Source: Octopus bimaculoides
Taxonomy: Eukaryota
DNA length: 64,000 bases
Reading direction: 5' to 3'
NCBI RefSeq assembly: GCF_001194135.2
Contig: NC_068992.1
Coordinates: forward strand, 50,149,027 to 50,213,026
Within the stretch, counting starts at the first letter, position 1, and every line of letters starts with the position of its first letter. This document shows positions 52,274 to 64,000 of this stretch, piece by piece. Made by a program: the position numbers and the translations under genes. A model generated the notes under the pieces. The model was not told the DNA's origin, ran no database searches, and worked only from the letters and a program-made list of their open reading frames with translations.

Positions 52274-52920
52274 CATACACACACACACACATACATGCAA
52301 ACATACATATGATGTGCTTCTCTCAGTTTCTGTCTGCCAAATCCACTCACAAAGCTTTGATAGACTGAAGGCTATAATAAAAAAACACTTGCCCAGGGTG
52401 CCAAGTAATGGGAGGAGTGAACCCAAAATCTCATGGTTAAGAAGCGATCTTCTTAATCACCCAGCTCTATTTGCGCTTAGTGTTGATTTAAATATTGCAA
52501 ATATATACACCCGAAAGACGATGTTAATAGCAAGGAAAATTATAGTCGTCTGTGTCATTGTATTTTGGCTTATTATTTCCAAGTCTTTAATTGATATGTT
52601 GCTATCTGTATGAAATAAACACTATAGTGATAGTAGTTCATGCTTTGATATTTTTGTTGTTGTTGTTGGTTGTTATGTTGATGTCAGGCAGCCTTGCCGA
52701 TATCCTATTGTTGATGTGTAATGTTTTATCAATAATGTTTGATGAATCTAACATGTGACCTGCTTTCTACTTCTTATGGAAATGATTTTCAGTTCATTGA
52801 CATTGTTGTTACTTATGGTGGTGATGGTGGTGGTTGGTGACGGTGGTAGTGATGGTAGTTGTCGTGGGTGTAGAAGTAGCGCTGGTGTTGGTAGTAGTGT
52901 GGTGGTTGTAGCAGTCATGC

Positions 52921-53932
52921 TAGAATAAGAATAGCCTGAGCAAAGTTCAGAGAGCTCTTACCTCTGCTGGTGACAAAGGGCCTCTCGCTCAGAGTAAAAG
53001 GTAGACTGTATGACGCATGTGTACGAACAGCCATGCTTCACAGCAGTGAAACATGGGCTGTGACTGTTAAGGACATGCCTAAGCTTGCAAGGAATGAAAC
53101 CAGTATGCTCCGCTGGATGTGTAATGTCAGTGTGCATACTCGTCAGAGTGTAAGTACCTTGAGAGAAAAGTTGGACCTAAGAAGCATCAGTTGTGGTGTG
53201 CAAGAGAGACGATTGCACTGGTATGTCATGTGGCGAGAATGGATGAGGATAGCTGCGTGAAAAAGTGCCACACCCCAGCGGTTGAGGGAACCTGTGGAAG
53301 AGGTAGACCCAGGAAGACCTGGGATGAGGTGGTGAAGCACGACCTTCGAACATTAGGCCTCACTGAGGCAATGACTTGTGACCGAGACCTTTGGAAATAT
53401 GTTGTGCGTGAGAAGACCTGGCAAGCCAAGTGAGACCATAATCTGAGGCCTCTGCCAAGGGTGTAGCCAGCCCACTTATGTTTACCTTTCCTTTATTGGA
53501 CACTAAACTCTGCTTGTGAAGACCTGTTGAAGCAAGTGAAATCAAAACCGAATCAAATTCGCAAATTCGATGACTGGTACCTGTGCCAGTGGAGCGCTAA
53601 GAGCACCATTTGAGCATGATCATTACCAGCATTGCCTTACTGGCACATGGAAAAATATTCGAGCGAGGTCGTTGCCAGTGCCACTGGACTGGCTACTGTG
53701 CAGGTGGCACATAAAAAACACCATTTGAGCATGGCCATTGCCAGTACCGCCTGACTGGCCCTCATGCCGGTGGCACGTAAAAGCACCCACTACACTCTCG
53801 GATATGGTTAGTGTTAGGAAGAGCATCCAGCTGTAGAAACTGCCAGATCAGATTGGAGCCTGGTGCAGCCATCTGGTTTGCCAGTCCTCAGTCAAATCAT
53901 CCAACCCGTGCTAGCATAGAAAGCAGACGTTT
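52921..53932 (+). mobile_element. 5'-truncated RTE-like LINE: ORF2 C-terminus plus 3' UTR
   Basis: RLYDACVRTAMLHSSETW...RWMC...ERRLHW / HVARM...GRGRPRKTWDEVVKHDL (ORFs 52970 and 53191, joined by a frameshift near 53224). The 3' UTR has ~60-bp subrepeats and the shared terminal motif. Confidence 0.9.
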
Positions 53933-54318
53933 GGATTAATGTTATTGTTTAGAATTTATCAATGTATGTGAAACTTTGTGGACAAGCCTGTAGATGTTTC
54001 TCATATGTTAGGTAGACACAGAGTGTGAAACTATTTTAGTTCCTTTTGCCATTCTTGGATTTAATCCTTTTAATTTGACAATATAAAGGTCAACGACACA
54101 AAGTCCAATATTTAAGCCTTTAGTATTTGGGTGTGTCAACTTCTTTTTCACTAAAGAATGCAGGTAAGTTTAGGCTGGNNNNNNNNNNNNNNNNNNNNNN
54201 NNNNNNNNNNNNNNNNNNNNNNNNNNNNNNNNNNNNNNNNNNNNNNNNNNNNNNNNNNNNNNNNNNNNNNNNNNNNNNNNNNNNNNNNNNNNNNNNNNNN
54301 NNNNNNNNTGGCTTTGTT

Positions 54319-54613
54319 GTGGAGGCGCAATGGCCCAATGGTTAGGGCAGCGGACTCACGGTCATAGGATCACGGTTTTGATTCCCAGACCGGGCGTTGT
54401 TAGTGTTTATTGAGCGAAAACACCTAAAAGCTCCACAAGGCTCTGACAGGGGATGGTGGCGAACCCTGCTGTACTCCTCCACCACAACTTTCTCTCACTC
54501 TTACTTCCTGTTTCTGTTGTGCCTGTAATTCAAAGGGTCAGCCTTGTCACACTGTGTCACACTGAATCTCCCCGAGAACTACGTTAAGAGTACACGTGTC
54601 TGTGGAGTGCTCA
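54319..54613 (+). mobile_element. SINE type B, 3'-truncated
   Basis: Matches 6353 through GTGGAGTGCTCA, then stops. Confidence 0.88.
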
Positions 54614-54659
54614 ACCTAGAGGAAAAAACTCAAATGCTTTTCTGAACATCAAAGTGCAA

Positions 54660-54818
54660 GAGAGACATTATGTTGTTATGCTTGTTGTTATTGTACTCCT
54701 ATATTTTGTTAAGACTGTTGTTATACTTATAGATATAGTTATGGTCCTTGTTGTTATGGCGGTTGTAGTAATAGTTGCAATTATATATTGTTATTCTTCT
54801 GTACTGTTCTTATGACTT

Positions 54819-54849
<31 letters not shown>

Positions 54850-55670
54850 TGTTGCTATTATTACTGTAATTGTTATTTCTAGATAGGGGTGTGTGCTGTG
54901 AGTACAAGGGTACCCAGCTATTGTTGCTTATTATATTGTTGTTATTGCTGATTTGTTGTTATTTCTAGAAAGGGGTGTGTGCTCCAAGTACAAGAAGGGT
55001 ATCTTGATGCTATTGTTGTTGTTGTTGTTGTTGCTTCCAGAAAGGGGTGTGCACTATAGGTACACAAAGGGTGCCTTGACATAACTATGTAATTGAGTAA
55101 CTGTACAGTGAGTCATGAAGAAGTTGAGAAGTTTTCTTCTGCGGTTCTTTGTTTTTTAAAGTGCACCACATCTTGACTAAGTTCCTTAAGGCAGACTGGC
55201 TGGATTGGCAGCAGCAGCAGTGGTGGTGGTAGTGGTAGTGGTGGTAGAGGAGGTAGTGGAGGTAGTGATAGTGGTGGTGGTGTGATTGCTGGTCTTGATG
55301 GCTGTGGTGATGGTATTCTTGTTGTTGTTGGTGGTAGTGGTGAGTTATGGTGGTGAATGGTGATGGTGGTGGTGATGGTGAGAAGTATGGTGTAGTAGGG
55401 GTAGTAGTGGTCGGTGGTGGGGGTTATGGTAGTAATGATGGTGGTAGTGGTGGTGTGGGTTATGGTAGTAATGATGGTAGTGTGTGGTTGTAGTCATTAT
55501 GGTGGTAACGATGGTGATGATGGTTCTAGTGGTAGTGGAAGAGGAGGTAGTGGTAGTGGGGGAAGTGGGAGCAGCTGTTGTGGTGGTGTTGGTGTGAGTG
55601 GTTTCAGTTGTGTGTGCTGGCAGCGGTGGTGGGGGTGGGGGTGATTGTGGTGATGGTGGTGGTGGTGCTG
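54660..55670. repeat. GTT/GGT low-complexity tract with three embedded ~50-bp repeats
   Basis: Direct reading; the TTCTAGAAAGGGGTGTG...GTACA...AGGGT unit occurs near 54873, 54960 and 55034. Confidence 0.8.
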
Positions 55671-55826
55671 GAGTGGGACTATGAATTCTTGGCGATAAAA
55701 TAAAATTAGGGGATTATCTAAGTCTGGCATCTGCCAGTGAAATTCCTTATGAAAGAGGGATCTCAAAGTTTATGGGGGATGCTAGCACATTCGGTTAATG
55801 TGTGTGTTTGTGTGTTCACGTTTACA

Positions 55827-56228
55827 TACTCTTTTACTCGTTTCAGTCATTTGACTGTGGCCATGCTGGAGCACCACCTTTTAGTCAAGCAAATCGACCC
55901 CAGGACTTATTCTTTGTAAGCCTAGTACTTATTCTATCGGTCTCTTTCTGCCGAACCGATAAGTTACGGGGACGTAAACACACCAGCATCGGTTGTCAAG
56001 CGATGTTGGGGGGACAAATACAGACACACAAATACACACATATATATATATATATATACATATATACGACGGGCTTCTTTCAGTTTCCGTTTACCAAATC
56101 CACTCACAAGGCTTTGATCGGTCCGAGGCTATAGTAGAAGGCACTTGCCCAAGGTACCATACAGTGGGACTGAACCCGGAACCATGTAGTTCGTAAGCGA
56201 GCTACTTACCACACAGCCACTCCTACGC
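55827..56228 (-). mobile_element. SINE type A, full length
   Basis: Reverse complement of 13935-14396. Confidence 0.92.
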
Positions 56229-56864
56229 GCAAATCATTGTGTGTGTGTGTGTGTTTATGTATGCATACATGCATATATCACCATCCATTTTTTGTCCATT
56301 TTCCATGCTGGCATGGGTTGGACAATTTGACCAGAGCTAGCAAACCTGAGAGCTGCACCTGAATCCAGTCTGATTTGGCTTGGTTTTTATGCATACATAC
56401 ACACATACATACATGAATACATACATACATGTATGCATGAATACATACATACATACATATACACATACACATATATATGTTTGTACATACTTACATAAAT
56501 ATATATGCTTGCAAATATATTCCTACATACATGCATGTATATTTACACCTCTCTCTATACACAAAGATCTACAAGACATACACTCTCTCTCTTTCTTTTA
56601 CTCTCTCTTTCTTCTACTCTCTCTTTCTTTTACTCTCTCTCTTTCTATTACTCTCTCTCTTTCCGCACCCCCTCCCCACTTGCATACACATATATGTACT
56701 CAACTATGCACATAAAAAAACCCCTTCCTTTACACTTACCCAGGATATTTATGTGAATAAAAGGATTTGGAATGAGAAGTTTCATGATATCAGGGTGGAA
56801 ACTGCCACACCCTTATTATTGCATCTCGTTTACACTTGGAGATTGGTTGCACGCATGCATTCAT

Positions 56865-56918
<54 letters not shown>

Positions 56919-57147
56919 NNNNNNNNNNNNNNNNNNNNNNNNNNNNNNNNNNNNNNNNNNNNNNNNNNNNNNNNNNNNNNNNNNNNNNNNNNNNNNNNNN
57001 NNNNNNNNNNNNNNNNNNNNNNNNNNNNNNNNNNNNNNNNNNNNNNNNNNNNNNNNNNNNNNNNNNNNNNNNNNNNNNNNNNNNNNNNNNNNNNNNNNNN
57101 NNNNNNNNNNNNNNNNNNNNNNNNNNNNNNNNNNNNNNNNNNNNNNN

Positions 57148-57179
<32 letters not shown>

Positions 57180-57211
57180 GTAAATATAATATGAGACAAT
57201 TATTCAGTAGC

Positions 57212-57280
57212 CATGATAAAACTCCGAGTTTCGGATGTCAGAGCAGAAACCCACACTGCCATCTCTTCAGTTATGAGATG
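57212..57280 (-). ncRNA. Minimal hammerhead-like motif
   Basis: CUGAAGA (57270-57264), stem II GAUG..CAG/CUG..CAUC, GAAAC (57232-57228), ACUC-G-GAGU palindrome, GUU triplet, 4-bp stem I AUAA/UUAU. Confidence 0.45.
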
Positions 57281-58338
57281 ACCATCACTAGTCCTACTGC
57301 TATCAGAAAAGCACTTAATACATTCTTTACAGTAGTCAGTGTTAGGCATGGGATTCAGCTATAGAATCCTTACCAAAACAGACATCAGAGCATGACACTG
57401 TCTTCAACCTATCAGATCTTGTCAAACTGTTTAATCCATGTCATCATGGAAGCCAGATGTCAAATTATGATGATGATGAGGATGCTAATGATAATTATTA
57501 CATATATATATATAAATAAGCATTACATCTTATCAAAGTTCAGTAGTGGGTTCTACACTCCAATATCCAGTGTTGTATCACATGGGATATCAATGTTAGG
57601 ATAGGCTTGTGTATGGAATCCTTACTATATTATGACATGAGAGGTTGTTGATAATTTGCATAACAGGGAAAATGTATATATTGGGAGGGGAGCTTTTAAT
57701 ATCTCCTATTGTATTTATTGCGGGGCACTGATGACGTGAAGCAGAAGATTGCATATTGTTTTAACAACTGTTATGTAATTACTACAGCATTTTGTTGAAA
57801 CATGTGTATGTTCTATAAAGTATTGAATAACATGTCTTGAGCTTAATTATTATTTCTCTCCCCCTCTCTCTCTCACTCTCTTTAGCTGTCTATCTCTATC
57901 TCTCTCTATATCTATGTTAGAGAGAAACATTTCAACTGTTTCCGTCTCTTAGATTCAACTTACAATGCATCCCAATACTATAGCAGAAGATACTCACCCA
58001 AAGTGCCATCCAGTGGGAATGATCTTGGAACCATATTCCTCACAAAGCAAACTATCAGACCACACAGTTATGCCTACACTTTGTATGCATACATATAAAT
58101 CAATGCCTAATATTTTATTATCTAATTGTATTAAACATTAGAAATACTAATTTCAGCTTGTTCAGGCATGTCCTCATAGCCTTATAGCCTTAAATTAGCT
58201 TTATAATTTTCCATACCACCCACACATACACACATAAGCATCTATTGTTTATGTGTATTTCATTGTACAAAATACCAAAATACCCAATAGCCTAGTGTCG
58301 GAAAATATATATTATGTAGTGTGATGTAAATTTGGTGC

Positions 58339-58395
<57 letters not shown>

Positions 58396-58499
58396 TAAGG
58401 GAGACAAAACTTGATATCTTCTCAATCTGTTGATAACTAACACATACACACACATACACATGCACACACATTACTTTAGGATGGCTATAGTGCCAATTA

Positions 58500-58541
<42 letters not shown>

Positions 58542-58959
58542 ATGCCTGTGTCTTCTTGTCTTGACATTGCCCGATAGCTGTAAATGTGTATCAGCATCAT
58601 ACATTCATTGACAGTAATCTGCGAAAATATGTCTGGCCAAGGGGAAACATTGCTTTGCTTGGGAACAGAAGAGCATGCTTTTTCTTTCAGACTTGTGAAC
58701 AACTGAGCAACATACATACATACATACAGTCTTTTTCCAGTTACTGTCAACCAAAAGCATTCAGAAGGCTTTGATCAGATCAAGACTGTTGTAGTTGACA
58801 TTTGCCAAACGCTGGAACTGAACGCGGAACCATGTAGGTGAGAAGTGGACTTTTTAACACAGTTATGCTTCATACTTTCTCCACCACATGAAGTTCTATT
58901 GGGTTATTCTGTAGTATATATGATAGTAGTATATCATAGCACGTGCAAACATGTGCACA

Positions 58960-59047
<88 letters not shown>

Positions 59048-59106
59048 TACTGATGATGAAGATGATGAAGATGATGATAATGATGGCAATGATAATGATA
59101 ATGATA

Positions 59107-59154
<48 letters not shown>

Positions 59155-59350
59155 TTGTTTTATCTTCTTTTCTCTTCAACCCTTTTAAGTCAGCCAACTG
59201 TGCAATGAATTGCAGAATATGACTGCAGTTCAAGCAGAACATCGTCACCGGTTCTCTACTCTGTTGCCATGGTGATTGTTGTGATCAGGTAGACCCGACT
59301 AACTCGCAGAGTAATACGTAGACAAAACATGGAGGATCATAGTAACGATG

Positions 59351-59408
<58 letters not shown>

Positions 59409-59511
59409 CCATTGATTAATGATGAAGCAGCTTGATGATGATGATGATGATGATGATGATAATGATGCTTGATGATACTGTTGCTGATGCTGTTGATATG
59501 ACTGATGATTA

Positions 59512-61032
59512 TCTATATATAGAAAATGTGTGTCTGTCTGTCTGTCTGTCTGTGTGTGAGCGTGTGGGAATCCCTAAAACTCGAGAACTACGCAACCAAT
59601 TTCATTCAAATTTTACAGATGCCTTACTTAGGGTCCCAGTTGTGTTTTAGTCAAACTAAATTTTTAACTTCTTGCAGTGTTCGAGCCCACGGCAACATCA
59701 TATCTCCTCCACTATTTAAGTATTACGTGTCAAAAGTGAAACAAAAACACTCATGTCAAATACTTTCACTTTAAAAATGAAACTATTCCACTAACTGAAA
59801 CAATCACATTTCGATACTGTAATGACAGATACTTTCAGAGAGAGAGAGAGAAAGAGAGAAAGAGAGAGAGAGAAAGAGAGAAAGAGAGAGAGAAAGAGAG
59901 AAAGNNNNNNNNNNNNNNNNNNNNNNNNNNNNNNNNNNNNNNNNNNNNNNNNNNNNNNNNNNNNNNNNNNNNNNNNNNNNNNNNNNNNNNNNNNNNNNNN
60001 NNNNNNNNNNNNNNNNNNNNNNNNNNNNNNNNNNNNNNNNNNNNNNNNNNNNNNNNNNNNNNNNNNNNNNNNNNNNNNNNNNNNNNNNNNNNNNNNNNNN
60101 NNNNNNNNNNNNNNNNNNNNNNNNNNNNNNNNNNNNNNNNNNNNNNNNNNNNNNNNNNNNNNNNNNNNNNNNNNNNNNNNNNNNNNNNNNNNNNNNNNNN
60201 NNNNNNNNNNNNNNNNNNNNNNNNNNNNNNNNNNNNNNNNNNNNNNNNNNNNNNNNNNNNNNNNNNNNNNNNNNNNNNNNNNNNNNNNNNNNNNNNNNNN
60301 NNNNNNNNNNNNNNNNNNNNNNNNNNNNNNNNNNNNNNNNNNNNNNNNNNNNNNNNNNNNNNNNNNNNNNNNNNNNNNNNNNNNNNNNNNNNNNNNNNNN
60401 NNNNNNNNNNNNNNNNNNNNNNNNNNNNNNNNNNNNNNNNNNNNNNNNNNNNNNNNNNNNNNNNNNNNNNNNNNNNNNNNNNNNNNNNNNNNNNNNNNNN
60501 NNNNNNNNNNNNNNNNNNNNNNNNNNNNNNNNNNNNNNNNNNNNNNNNNNNNNNNNNNNNNNNNNNNNNNNNNNNNNNNNNNNNNNNNNNNNNNNNNNNN
60601 NNNNNNNNNNNNNNNNNNNNNNNNNNNNNNNNNNNNNNNNNNNNNNNNNNNNNNNNNNNNNNNNNNNNNNNNNNNNNNNNNNNNNNNNNNNNNNNNNNNN
60701 NNNNNNNNNNNNNNNNNNNNNNNNNNNNNNNNNNNNNNNNNNNNNNNNNNNNNNNNNNNNNNNNNNNNNNNNNNNNNNNNNNNNNNNNNNNNNNNNNNNN
60801 NNNGACTGGTTGTTCTAAGACATTTATCGATTGTAAATTTTGTCTGCACAGTTACCTATCGGTATAGTGGTCATTTGCAAACTCCAGAGGCGACACTTTC
60901 ATTTCCCTTTACTCCAAACGTCACACGTTGTTATTTCAATTGGGTCATGCCCTTCCAATTGCTATAGATCCGTAATGCATCTTACAGCTGTGCCTGTCAC
61001 CTGTATGGTGAGGAATCCTACATGTATTGGGA

Positions 61033-61073
<41 letters not shown>

Positions 61074-61126
61074 TCTGTTTGTCTGTGTGAATCCCTAACC
61101 CGGGCAACGCCGGATATTTCTGCTAG
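59512..61126 (+). mobile_element. Non-autonomous Helitron (spans an N gap)
   Basis: 5' TC after an A (A|TCTATATATAG...(TCTG)n). 3' CCGG-GCAACG-CCGG hairpin at 61100-61113, then CTAG at 61123-61126 followed by T. No TSD. Linkage of the two ends across the gap is assumed. Confidence 0.75.
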
Positions 61127-61500
61127 TATATAATATGCATCTTTTATCTTTTATTTTTTTACTTGTTTCAATTATCAAACCGAGGCCATGCTGGAGCACA
61201 ACCTTAAAAGGTTTTAGTCAAACAAATCAATCCAAGGACTTTTCTTTGTAAGCCTCATACTTATTCTATTGATCTTTTTTGCCAAACTGCCAAGTTATGA
61301 GAACATAAACACACCAGTATCGGTTGTCAAGCAATGACAGGGGAAAAACACAGACACACATATACACACACACACACGCGCACATGCACACTCTCTCACA
61401 CACACACGTGTTATATTTAGGTGCAGGCATTGCTGTGTTAATAAGTTTGCTTCCTAGTCACAATGTGCCAGGTTCAGTCCCACTGTGCAAATGAAAAATG

Positions 61501-62053
61501 GGATCTTTTTTAAAACGGGGGCCACATTTTTCATTAACGAAACACTTTGAAACTTGGAACACTAGTAGAATGTGTCATAAAACATCTTTTTCTCTTAGTC
61601 TTCTTAAAAAAAAAGAAATCCCTAAGTTATTCCATGTAAAAGTTGTATTTCTGTAATTTCAACCAATCACTGACGTCCATTCAGCCGATATACATTAAGT
61701 GCCGACTACATAAACAAACGATTCTGAAACAATTCTATCGGTGATAGGGTTAGGGTTAGGGTAAAACAGCAAATTTAAAAAGAAAAAAGCAAAACGAAGC
61801 TATGGAAATTAAATACGCTTTACACCGCTTAATCAGCCAAAGGAGTAAATGTAAACAACTGAATACTTGTCAGTGATTGGTTGAAATTATCGAAATAAGA
61901 CAATTTTTTACATGAAATAAATTCGAATACAAAAATATTTTTCTGTTCTATAACACAAAATAGATAAGTATACGAAGTTTGAAAGTCTTTCGGTACCAAA
62001 AACACTACGTAAAACATTAATGAAAAATGTGGCCCCCGTTTTAAAAAAGATCC
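61501..62053. mobile_element. Second copy of the 25230-25841 MITE, in opposite orientation
   Basis: Same TIRs; TSD GAAAAATG at 61493-61500 and 62054-62061; TAGGGTTAGGGTTAGGG near 61745-61761. Inserted next to a SINE A head fragment. Confidence 0.92.
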
Positions 62054-62085
62054 GAAAAATGTATACCATCTCATATATATATATA

Positions 62086-62388
62086 CGAGGTCAGATCAAT
62101 AAGTATCCGGACTGTTGCCATAGTAACGAAGCTAAAGCACACAGAGTGAAGCCATTTGATACAGACTGACTTTGAACTCTGCTGTGCATGTGCACTAAGT
62201 TTTAACATTCTAGCTAGCTTCCACTGTTTACAGCAGTGCTTGGAAGGAAGGTGTGTAGCCTGTGATCCTTCCAAGAATTTTGAAACTTAGTGTGCATGCA
62301 GAGCAGTGTTCAAGGTCAATAATGCTTCACTCTGCATGATTTAGCTTCATTATTATTGCGACAGTCCGGATACTTATTGATCAGACCT
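62086..62388. mobile_element. mariner-like fold-back MITE
   Basis: TA-CGAGGTCAGATCAATAAGTATCCGGACTGT ... ACAGTCCGGATACTTATTGATCAGACCT, with internal symmetry extending beyond 100 bp. Confidence 0.85.
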
Positions 62389-62518
62389 AATATATATATA
62401 TAGATATGTAAGAGTACTTCTTTTGATGCATGTCTGATGAAGTGTCACTCTCTAATGTAATCAGTCACAAATATCTACATGCATACGTGCACTGACATCA
62501 AAAATGGATGTTAAATGG

Positions 62519-62552
<34 letters not shown>

Positions 62553-62638
62553 TTGTAATTAATAATGAAAACGAGCTAAATTCATTCTTCGCCTGCATCC
62601 TTGGATTACATACGTATGTACATACACATACATGCATG

Positions 62639-62678
<40 letters not shown>

Positions 62679-63710
62679 CTTGTGTGTGCGCATGTATGTG
62701 TGTGTTTGTGTGTACATATATATATGTATATATATAGGCATGTATATACATATACATATGTATATATATGTAGATATTTATCTATTTATCTATCTGTATG
62801 TGTGTGTGTGTGTTTGTGTATATATATATATGTATATATATGCATGTATATACATATACATATGTATATATATATGTAAATATTTATCTATCTATCCATC
62901 TATCTGTGTGTGTATGTGTGTATGTGTGTGTGTACGTGTGTATGTGTGTCTGTATGTGTGTATGTGTGTGTGTATGCATATTTGTAAGTATATGTATGTA
63001 TGTATATATATATATANNNNNNNNNNNNNNNNNNNNNNNNNNNNNNNNNNNNNNNNNNNNNNNNNNNNNNNNNNNNNNNNNNNNNNNNNNNNNNNNNNNN
63101 NNNNNNNNNNNNNNNNNNNNNNNNNNNNNNNNNNNNNNNNNNNNNNNNNNNNNNNNNNNNNNNNNNNNNNNNNNNNNNNNNNNNNNATATATATATTTAA
63201 AAAAAAATTTTTTTTTTAAAGTTTCATCTTAGAGCTGCGGCCATGCTGATGCACATAGACAAAAGAAGAGAAAAGAAATCAAAATGAAAAATCTTGAAAT
63301 TCAGGTTATTACAATAGTCTTGTCCTATATCTTAGTGGAAAATCTCCCAGGAATGTTTTTGTTTTTCATTTTCATGCTGTCATGTTAACTCTCCATTTTA
63401 CATTAAGCTCTCTGAGTGAGAAGAGTTATGCTAAGGAGTTTTTGTGTTGCTGTTATACTGTTGTTGTTGTTGTTGTTAATATTATTGCTTTTGTTGTTGT
63501 TGCTTTATCAATAAATTCCATTAGTGATGCCGTGTTCAGACAAATTTAATTTTTTATTTTTTATTTTTACACCTAAAATATGGTTTGTTTTCGTCTAAAA
63601 TATAGTTGTGTTGGAAGTGAAATATGTCAAAACTGACACTAACCATTCTCTGTAGGGAATTTAATAATGGATAGCATCTCCTTGTTTAAAGGTGCTAGAC
63701 GAGTTTTCGT

Positions 63711-63749
<39 letters not shown>

Positions 63750-64000
63750 GGGCATTGGTTTAAAGTTGTGAGAAAGTGTGAGTACATACATTTGCATGTG
63801 TGTATATGTGTGAGTGTTTGGGTGTAAATGTGTGAGTGAAAATAGTGTGAAGGACATTAGGAAACATTTGAGGAAGTATAATGCATGCAGGAGTATGTAT
63901 GAGTAAGATTAAGCCGATGTACATGTATTCATGTATGTGGGATACTCACACACAGACACACACAGACACACACAGACACACACAGACACACACAGACACA

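Noticed and set aside
1740-54400. tRNA genes
   Set aside because: All tRNA-like heads run into SINE bodies; none shows a complete cloverleaf with a T-run terminator.
41781-60967. ORFs of 200-380 aa containing X runs
   Set aside because: Their length comes from assembly N gaps.
62430-62470. Further hammerhead candidates (CTGATGA at 62436; GAAGA...CGAAAC near 27990-28020)
   Set aside because: Each lacks either GAAA or CUGA, and neither has a palindromic stem III.

Overview
This is AT-rich eukaryotic DNA, dense in microsatellites and interrupted by many N gaps, with no long intact protein-coding ORF. Almost every ORF in the supplied track translates a simple repeat or a gap. The repeat content (tRNA-derived SINEs, RTE LINE 3' ends, TTAGGG-type motifs) fits a molluscan, probably octopus, intronic/intergenic region; the species call is an inference from recalled repeat style, not a database match. 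Identifiable content: (1) about five provisional tRNA-headed SINE types (my labels A-E) that share and swap modules; (2) 5'-truncated RTE-like LINE ends and an old endonuclease remnant; (3) two internally deleted DD37D (maT) transposons; (4) non-autonomous DNA elements: piggyBac-like, mariner-like, pogo-like, a Helitron, and GG-ended Merlin-like MITEs with 8-9 bp TSDs that carry CCCTAA repeats; (5) minisatellites. The main unexplained signal is four loci with minimal hammerhead-ribozyme-like cores (CUGANGA, stem II, GAAA, palindromic stem III, GUH). Two are head-to-head inverted pairs, resembling Penelope-type terminal repeats. A ~10 kb CpG-retaining domain (about 25.9-36 kb) lies between CpG-poor flanks. 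Host-gene exons could not be established; only weak splice-site candidates are offered.
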